Origin: Candidatus Magasanikiibacteriota bacterium
GTDB lineage: Bacteria > Patescibacteriota > Patescibacteriia > Magasanikbacterales > GWA2-37-8
Length of the DNA stretch: 64,000 nucleotides
NCBI GenBank assembly: GCA_046590235.1
Contig: JBKJTY010000035.1
Coordinates: 14,722-78,721 of the forward strand
Direction of reading: 5' to 3'
The notes under the pieces are model-generated. The model ran no database searches and was not told the DNA's origin. It saw nothing but the letters and a program-made list of their open reading frames with translations. Below, in pieces: positions 57,526 to 64,000 of the stretch. The position numbers and the translations under genes were made by a program. The stretch's first letter is position 1. The number at the start of each line of letters is the position of its first letter.

Positions 57526-58542
57526 ATGATTATTGTACGCGCGCCGTTAAGAATCAGCTTTATTGGGGGAGGCACTGACCTGCCTGATTTTTATTCTAGA
57601 TATCCAGGTAGAGTCATCTCAACCACAATAGATAAATTCGTCTATATTACAATCAATCCAATGTATCGTGATGGTCGTTTTATCGTAAAATATCAAACGG
57701 TAGAAACGGTGGAAAAGCCAGAAGAATTAAAACACGACCGTGTTCGTGCGGCATTGCTTGATCTTAACGTCAAAAAAGGTTTGGAATTAAGTTCTTTTGC
57801 GGATATTCCTTCTAAAACAGGTCTTGGATCATCTTCTAGTTTTTCAGTCGCTCTTATTAAAGGTCTTAATGCGTTAGCTGGTAAAACAATGAGTCGCGGT
57901 GAAGCCGCTGAAGCAGCGTGTCGTCTAGAAATTGACCTACTACGAGAGCCGATTGGCAAACAAGACCAATATGCAGCTGCATTTGGCGGTTTTAATATCT
58001 TTCAATTCAATTCTGATCATACGGTAACCGTTGAACCTGTGCTGCTTGATTTTAAAAAGCGTGCGACACTCGAGGATCATGTGTTGCTTTTCTTTACAGG
58101 TATTACACGTCAGGCTTCAAGTGTCTTAGTAGACCAACGCTCAAAAATTGATAAAAATTTTGAAACCTACAAGCAAATGTCCGATTCAGTTTACGATTTT
58201 CGTGACAAATTAGTTGAAGGAGATGTGGCTGGAATGGCAGCAATGTTACACGAAGGATGGTTGCGTAAAAAGAGCTTGAGTGACAAAGTGTCCAACGGGC
58301 CAATAGACAATCTTTATGAAGAAGGTATTCGAGCTGGGGCGCTCGGCGGTAAGGTTTTGGGCGCGGGCGGCGGCGGTTGTTTATTGTTTTTGGCTCCCCC
58401 AGAAAAGCATGCGGCAATCCTGCAAGCGCTTACAGAAAAAGCTAAACAAGAGGGTCTGGGAGACTCCCAAGAAATAAAAGTTAAATGTTCACAATCAGGT
58501 ACTGATATCCTGTTTAATACTAGCTGGCACTCATACACCTAA
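57526..58542 (+). CDS. hddA: D-glycero-D-manno-heptose-7-phosphate kinase (GHMP)
   Basis: APLRISFIGGGTD, GLGSSS, GKQDQY, GAGGGG. Confidence 0.88.
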   Translation: MIIVRAPLRISFIGGGTDLPDFYSRYPGRVISTTIDKFVYITINPMYRDGRFIVKYQTVETVEKPEELKHDRVRAALLDLNVKKGLELSSFADIPSKTGLGSSSSFSVALIKGLNALAGKTMSRGEAAEAACRLEIDLLREPIGKQDQYAAAFGGFNIFQFNSDHTVTVEPVLLDFKKRATLEDHVLLFFTGITRQASSVLVDQRSKIDKNFETYKQMSDSVYDFRDKLVEGDVAGMAAMLHEGWLRKKSLSDKVSNGPIDNLYEEGIRAGALGGKVLGAGGGGCLLFLAPPEKHAAILQALTEKAKQEGLGDSQEIKVKCSQSGTDILFNTSWHSYT

Positions 58543-58546
58543 TACT

Positions 58547-59143
58547 ATGAAAACATACATTAATAACTATCTTCAAGAAAATATTGATGCGATGAATGCA
58601 GTCTCACGTCTTGAAATTTCTAAAGCGATAGCGCTTTTACAGTCTACCTACGAACGAGATGGTCGTATTTATATTTTTGGAAATGGCGGATCACTGGCGC
58701 TCGCTACACATTGGGTAAGTGATTTTAATAAAACAGTCTTCAGTCACAATCTTGAATTGCACACTCGACGATTCCAAGCAATTCGCTTGCCGACCACTGA
58801 AGAAGAAATGTCAGCATGGGCTAACGACGTAGGCTTTGATATGGTTTTTGCAGGCCCATTACAGAACTATCTCCAGGACAGTGATTGTGTTATTGCTATT
58901 AGCAGTTCCGGCAACTCCCCAAATATTATTAAAGCTGTTGAACTCGCTAAAAGCCGTCATGTACCAGTGATTGGTCTGTCAGGTTTCGACGGCGGTAAAT
59001 TAGCAGCCTTAGCCGATGCCGCGCTAGTTGTTCCGACTGAAAAAGGAAAATATGGACCGGTTGAGGGCGTCCATGGAGTATTGTTGCACCTCATCACCAT
59101 GTATTTTCAAGCTTATTTTGACCATCTAGTGGCTAAAAAATAA
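58547..59143 (+). CDS. gmhA: Sedoheptulose-7-phosphate isomerase (SIS)
   Basis: GNGGS, AWAND, ISSSGNSPN, VEGVH. Confidence 0.88.
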   Translation: MKTYINNYLQENIDAMNAVSRLEISKAIALLQSTYERDGRIYIFGNGGSLALATHWVSDFNKTVFSHNLELHTRRFQAIRLPTTEEEMSAWANDVGFDMVFAGPLQNYLQDSDCVIAISSSGNSPNIIKAVELAKSRHVPVIGLSGFDGGKLAALADAALVVPTEKGKYGPVEGVHGVLLHLITMYFQAYFDHLVAKK

Positions 59144-59146
59144 TAC

Positions 59147-59653
59147 ATGAGCAAAGGAATGAAAATAGCCTTTTTTGACCGCGATGGCGTAATAAACAAA
59201 AAGGCAGAAGAACATCATTATATTACTCGAGTAGAAGATTTTGTATTTAACAAGTCAATTTTTCAGCTTTTCCACAAATTAAAAAAGTTAGGTTTTGAGT
59301 TCATTGTTATTACAAATCAGCGCGGTGTTGCGCGCGGGCTCTATACCGAACAAGATTTAAAAAACATCCACGATCACATGTGTCAGAAATTGACAGAGCA
59401 GGGGATTACTTTGCTCGATATTTTTTATTGTCCACACGATATCGGACAGTGCGATTGTCGAAAGCCTCAGCCTGGATTATTAGAGCAAGCATGTAAAAAA
59501 TATACTATCGACCTTTCAAAGTCGGCGTTAATAAGCGATAGTAAAGGCGAGATTGAAATGGGTAAGCTTTTTGGTATTAAAAAATCAATATACATTGAAT
59601 CTGATACTATAACCGATGATACGGCAAAAGAATTAGAACAATCAACGTTATAG
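59147..59653 (+). CDS. gmhB: Heptose-1,7-bisphosphate phosphatase (HAD)
   Basis: DRDGVIN, TNQ, CPH...CDCRKP. Confidence 0.9.
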   Translation: MSKGMKIAFFDRDGVINKKAEEHHYITRVEDFVFNKSIFQLFHKLKKLGFEFIVITNQRGVARGLYTEQDLKNIHDHMCQKLTEQGITLLDIFYCPHDIGQCDCRKPQPGLLEQACKKYTIDLSKSALISDSKGEIEMGKLFGIKKSIYIESDTITDDTAKELEQSTL

Positions 59654-59767
59654 CCCTCTGGATGAGCCTGGAAGGTTTAAACTTTGTCTTACTGGCAAGA
59701 AAGGATCAAGCGTATTGATTTTTGCCTTAAAAAGGAGTATTCTGAAGATGAATTACTCAACCAAAAT

Positions 59768-60592
59768 ATGGCCACTATTTCCGCCTGTTTAGTCGTTTAC
59801 AACGAAGAAAAAGTTATTGAAAAGTGTCTATCCAGCATCAAGGGGTTAGCTGATGAAATTATCATTGTTCATGATGGACAATGCTCTGATAGAACTCTTG
59901 AAATAGCTAAAAAATATACAAATAAAATTTTTATTCGTGAACATATCGGTGAAGCAGAGCCACACCGTGCTTTTTCTTTTAATCAAGCGAGTGGTGACTG
60001 GATTTTACAAATTGACGCGGATGAATTCCTCAACGAAAAAGATTTTCCAATTATACGACAAAAATTGCTTAATCCAGATATAGGTGGACTGCTGTTTCAA
60101 TGGGAAATGTGGACCGGAAGCAAAAGTGTTATTATACCCGGTTTCCGAAAAATGTGCTTTATACGCAAGGACTCTTTCCATTACTGCGGAGTACCGCACG
60201 AAGCTGGAACTGTAGATAAACGTTTGGAAAAAACTGATATAACATTATTCCATCGTCCTGCCTATAATAACATTGCTTGGAGAGCATTTCTAAAAAAGCG
60301 CGCTAAGTGGGTTCCGGTGCATGCAAAATACTTCTTTCCCGAGCTAGTTAGCTATGACTGTTTTAACACTAGTCCAGAGAAGTGGATTAAAAGAACTGAG
60401 CGCGTTAAAAAATACATTGCATTTTATATTCTTGTTGAGCCGTTTAAAATGTTTTTAGGCCAACAAAAGAATGGTTTATGGAAGAGTTGGTCCGGGATAA
60501 ACATTTCAATGCAGCATTTTTACTACTATTTGACTCTCTACCTCCTGGTTAGGAAAATGAAAACAGCAGTACTACCTAAAGAACACTTATGA
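59768..60592 (+). CDS. GT2 glycosyltransferase
   Basis: VYNEE, IDADE, PHE; ATG 59768 preferred over TTG 59684. Confidence 0.85.
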   Translation: MATISACLVVYNEEKVIEKCLSSIKGLADEIIIVHDGQCSDRTLEIAKKYTNKIFIREHIGEAEPHRAFSFNQASGDWILQIDADEFLNEKDFPIIRQKLLNPDIGGLLFQWEMWTGSKSVIIPGFRKMCFIRKDSFHYCGVPHEAGTVDKRLEKTDITLFHRPAYNNIAWRAFLKKRAKWVPVHAKYFFPELVSYDCFNTSPEKWIKRTERVKKYIAFYILVEPFKMFLGQQKNGLWKSWSGINISMQHFYYYLTLYLLVRKMKTAVLPKEHL

Positions 60593-61305
60593 TGATACTT
60601 ATCCAAACGATAGTTATACTAATTGCAGTAAAGTACCTATTACTATCTTTTGGGTATAGTATTTGTTTTATTATTACTTCAAAGACTTTTAGGCAGCTAA
60701 TTGTAAAAAGAAAAGCAACTAAGAATGAAAATGCTAGCGCAGATAAAGCAGTGCAGCCAGGTTTTTTGAGCAGAGTACTAAACGGTTGGTTGCGATACTC
60801 ATTAATGTGCACCGGTCGGATTCCAAGTCACTTTATAAGAAGTATTCTTTATAAGAAGGTGTATCATGTACAATTAGGAAAAAAAGTAGTGGTCCATGGC
60901 GGGGCGGAGATTAGAGCTCCCTATAATGTTGAAATTGGAACAGGCACTATTATTGGTGATAACGCAATACTAGATGGTAGGAACGGCATAGTAATCGGGA
61001 AGAACGTTAATCTAAGCACTGGAGTGTGGATTTGGACAGAACAGCACGATGTGCAAAGCCCGCATTTTTCATGTAATAACCAGGGTGGGCGTGTTACTAT
61101 CGGTGATAGAGTGTGGATTAGCGGTAGAGCAATTATTTTACCTGGAGTTACTATCGGTGAAGGCGCTGTGGTAGCCGCAGGCGCAGTCGTAACCAAAGAC
61201 GTAGAGCCATTCAGTATCTATGGCGGTGTTCCAGCTAAAAAGATAGGTGAAAGAAATAAAGATCTTGTTTATGAGTTTGATGGTAAGCCGCTAGCTTTTT
61301 ATTAA
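60589..61305 (+). CDS. Hexapeptide-repeat O-acetyltransferase
   Basis: IILPGVTIGEGAVVAAGAVVTKDV...GGVPAK; N-terminal hydrophobic segment. Confidence 0.9.
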   Translation: MMILIQTIVILIAVKYLLLSFGYSICFIITSKTFRQLIVKRKATKNENASADKAVQPGFLSRVLNGWLRYSLMCTGRIPSHFIRSILYKKVYHVQLGKKVVVHGGAEIRAPYNVEIGTGTIIGDNAILDGRNGIVIGKNVNLSTGVWIWTEQHDVQSPHFSCNNQGGRVTIGDRVWISGRAIILPGVTIGEGAVVAAGAVVTKDVEPFSIYGGVPAKKIGERNKDLVYEFDGKPLAFY

Positions 61306-61313
61306 TATTGCAT

Positions 61314-62018
61314 ATGGATTCAAAAAACGAAATGGCTGTTTCGATCGTAATCCCAACGTATAATGAAGCAAAAAATCTTCCGCTGTTGCTTGAAGAAATA
61401 TTCATGTATTTAAAACAGGCGTCTATTGAAGCTGAAGTTGTTATTGTTGACGATAATTCACCAGATGGGACAGGGGATATTGCTGAAGAGCTTAAAAGAA
61501 CCTATCCATTGCAAGTAATCCATCGGACTGGTAAACTGGGGCTGGGGAGTGCGGTGCGCGCAGGTTTTAAAGTGGCACGAAACCCGATAATCGGCGTTAT
61601 GGACGCTGATTTAAGTCATGATCCAGCAATCTTAAAGGAGCTCATACATTCATTAAATGATAATGATATAGTAATTGGTAGTCGATTTAATGAAGGAAGT
61701 ACGGTTGAAAACTGGACAATTATTCGGCAGATAATTTCTAAAAGCGGGGTATGGATTGCCTGTAAATTAACTAAGGTTAAGGATCCTCTGAGTGGTTACT
61801 TTTTTTTAAAAAAAGAAAATTTAGAAAAGTTGGAGCTACAAACAACCGGCTACAAAATTCTTTTGGAAATACTTGTAAAAATGATTGATGTTAAAGCGAA
61901 AGAAGTACCTTACACATTCCGAATGCGAAAATACAGTACGTCAAAATTAAACTTTAAAGAATTTATTTATTTTGGCAAACAGTTAATTGAGTATTCTTGG
62001 TATAAATTATTTCATTAA
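61314..62018 (+). CDS. GT2, polyprenol-phosphate mannosyltransferase (DPM1-like)
   Basis: IPTYNE, DDNSPDGT, GLGSA, MDADLSH, DPLSG, GYKILLE. Confidence 0.88.
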   Translation: MDSKNEMAVSIVIPTYNEAKNLPLLLEEIFMYLKQASIEAEVVIVDDNSPDGTGDIAEELKRTYPLQVIHRTGKLGLGSAVRAGFKVARNPIIGVMDADLSHDPAILKELIHSLNDNDIVIGSRFNEGSTVENWTIIRQIISKSGVWIACKLTKVKDPLSGYFFLKKENLEKLELQTTGYKILLEILVKMIDVKAKEVPYTFRMRKYSTSKLNFKEFIYFGKQLIEYSWYKLFH

Positions 62019-62027
62019 AACTTTTTT

Positions 62028-62654
62028 ATGGCAAAAAATAGTTGGGATAGTTATTGGAAAGAAAATAAAAATAAAGAAACATTTTTTAATGGACTTGTTG
62101 CAGTATTGCGTAAGTATTACTTTGCAAAAGCCTTTGCTAAATTTCTTAACCAACATCATCCAGTTAAAGGGAAGAAAGTTTGTGAAATCGGCGTAGGTTC
62201 TGGACTTACCTTGGCACATATTAAAAACCTTGGTGCTAGCAGTTGTGTCGGCGTTGATAATTCGAATGAAGCAATCGAATTGGCAAAGCAAGAAAATAAA
62301 ACGTGCGAATTTGTCTTTGGTGACGCTTTTAAACTTCCGTTTGCGGACAAAGAATTTGATATCGTGTATTCACTTGGTCTAATCGAACATTTTAACAGAG
62401 ATCAGCAGCGCCAAATTTTGGCTGAGCAAAAGCGAATTGCTAAGGAATGTGTATTTATCGAAGTTCCATACGACGTATTCTACTTTAGATGGTTATTTGC
62501 ATTTAATCGTTCACGCGGCCGTACGTTAACCTTCAGTGATGAAGAATTATTTACCAAAGCTACTTTCCGTGATATTGGATTAAAAGGTGAAAGTAAGTTA
62601 ATGCCAACTACCTTCTTCCTGACCATCGGACATTTTGAACCTAGTAATACTTAG
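62028..62654 (+). CDS. Class I SAM-dependent methyltransferase
   Basis: EIGVGSG, GDAFKLPF, GLIEHF. Confidence 0.85.
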   Translation: MAKNSWDSYWKENKNKETFFNGLVAVLRKYYFAKAFAKFLNQHHPVKGKKVCEIGVGSGLTLAHIKNLGASSCVGVDNSNEAIELAKQENKTCEFVFGDAFKLPFADKEFDIVYSLGLIEHFNRDQQRQILAEQKRIAKECVFIEVPYDVFYFRWLFAFNRSRGRTLTFSDEELFTKATFRDIGLKGESKLMPTTFFLTIGHFEPSNT

Positions 62655-62656
62655 GT

Positions 62657-64000
62657 ATGTGGGAAAAAATTCAAAAGATCTATAACCACAAATGGTGTAA
62701 TTATTACCTTGTATTAGTGGGTTCTCTTTTGATATCTTTTTTTCGAATTGACCACCAAAGTCTTTGGTTGGACGAATCAATTAGTATTGAATGGGCGGCA
62801 AAAAAGCCATTGATTTGGATTTGGGAAAATGTTCCGAAAACCGATCTTCATCCACCAGTTTATTACAGTATTCTGCATTTCTGGCAAAGCGTTTTTGGTG
62901 ATTCAGTCTTTTCTATCCGCGCCCTTTCCGCATTATTCTTTGTAGGCAGTAGTTTGCTTATATATTACTTTGCGAAATTAATTTTTTCATCAGATAAAAA
63001 AGCATTGGTGGCAAGTTTGTTGTTCATAACAAATCCATTCGCCGTCTTGTACGCACAAGAAGTGCGCTCATACTCATTTCTGATTTTTTTAATTCTCATA
63101 AATGCTATTTTCTATTATAAAATAGTTTTCTTGAAAGAAGAAAATAAGCGTTTATATCTGTGGTACTTCCTAACGGCCCTCATTTTCATCTATACCAATA
63201 TTATTAGTTTGTTTGTATTGCTAGCGCACGCAATCATTGTGCTTTCAAAGAAAGATTTGAATTTATTTAAGAAATTTTTATTTGTATATACTTTATTATT
63301 TTTGGCTTACATTCCCGTGCTGAAAATTGTACAAAGCGCTAACAAGTTTGATTACTCATATTACTACACAGAAAAGTTTAACATTGTAATGCAAGGTGTC
63401 GTTGCTATAGCCGGCTTTATTGGCGCAAGAGTAAACGTCTTAAATGGTAAAAATCATATTTACGGCTTGTTAGCAGCGAGCTTGGCGCTTTACGGGTTGA
63501 TTTTTCTTTTTGGTTTAAAAAATATAAAAAAATTAAATACCTACTTACTTTATTTTTTTGGTCTTTCATTAGCGATTACTTTAGCTGTAACATATAGTAA
63601 ATTTCCAGTACCCGATCCTAAATACTTTTATGTAGCTTTCCCTTCGTTCATCCTCCTAGTCGCTAATATACTAGCTGTTATCGATAAAAAAATTATTAGG
63701 AATACAATTTTAGCTGCAGTATTACTGGTTAATAGTGTTTTTCTTTACAATTACTTTTTTGTAAAAGCGTACGAGAGAGAAAATTGGAAGTCAGCAGTAA
63801 AGCAGGTTGAACAAAACTATGCCACAGAAAAGAATAAAACAGCTGTAATGATAGCCCCGTTTTCTGAGCCGTATACAGCATGGTCATATTATAGTCAGGA
63901 TAGTATTCCGGGTATTGGCGCTTTTAAATATGGAAATAGCACCACATCCATAGAACGAGCTTTTAGCGAATTTAACAAACCAGCAAAAGACATTATTTAT
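62657..64000 (+). CDS. GT-C (PMT/ArnT-like) membrane glycosyltransferase, 3' end outside window
   Basis: Not in the ORF track because no stop falls in the window; manual translation MWEKIQ...QSLWLDESIS...DLHPPVYY...FGDSVFSIRALS. Confidence 0.85.
   Translation, partial: MWEKIQKIYNHKWCNYYLVLVGSLLISFFRIDHQSLWLDESISIEWAAKKPLIWIWENVPKTDLHPPVYYSILHFWQSVFGDSVFSIRALSALFFVGSSLLIYYFAKLIFSSDKKALVASLLFITNPFAVLYAQEVRSYSFLIFLILINAIFYYKIVFLKEENKRLYLWYFLTALIFIYTNIISLFVLLAHAIIVLSKKDLNLFKKFLFVYTLLFLAYIPVLKIVQSANKFDYSYYYTEKFNIVMQGVVAIAGFIGARVNVLNGKNHIYGLLAASLALYGLIFLFGLKNIKKLNTYLLYFFGLSLAITLAVTYSKFPVPDPKYFYVAFPSFILLVANILAVIDKKIIRNTILAAVLLVNSVFLYNYFFVKAYERENWKSAVKQVEQNYATEKNKTAVMIAPFSEPYTAWSYYSQDSIPGIGAFKYGNSTTSIERAFSEFNKPAKDIIY

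Noticed and set aside
62720-62750. Frameshift at the T7 run in the last GT-C gene
   Set aside because: Careful reading keeps the frame open (S-F-F-R-I-D-H-Q-S-L-W-L-D-E); the ORF is missing from the track only because it lacks a stop in the window.
1-64000. Alternative genetic code (TGA read as Gly)
   Set aside because: Conserved genes are full length under code 11 and several end in TGA at expected positions.

Overview
This window looks like chromosome from a CPR/Patescibacteria (Parcubacteria/ABY1-like) bacterium. That is an inference from gene content and from housekeeping starts that lack Shine-Dalgarno (SD) sites; the standard code 11 is used. Left to right: the 3' part of a giant Cys-rich/LamG surface protein plus three DxDxDG membrane/lipoproteins; ybeY-dgkA-ftsA-ftsZ-nrdR-orf-pyk; glyA; a head-to-head overlapping pair of Elp3 and a Trm9/ALKBH8-like methyltransferase; a 1.6-kb RNA-structure-rich orphan operon (leader-peptide attenuator, three SD-led GC-rich ORFs, long hairpins and a type III hammerhead ribozyme); an EamA transporter and a glycoside hydrolase; tRNA-Val(TAC) followed by two cassette-like orphan genes sharing a ~200-nt covarying 3' module; a BNR/Ig/peptidoglycan-binding protein; an acd-2-oxoacid oxidoreductase-flavodoxin operon; more orphans; an amino-acid permease; an HTH regulator; ECF sigma, DUF5667-like protein and an S-layer-like gene; then a ~25-kb glycosylation cluster (O-antigen-ligase-like transferase, GT-Cs, gmd-colD-colC/fcl with GT11, wzm/wzt, GDP-heptose pathway) that runs off the window. 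No CRISPR array, rRNA, integrase or transposase was seen. All calls come from reading motifs by eye; no database search or folding program was run.
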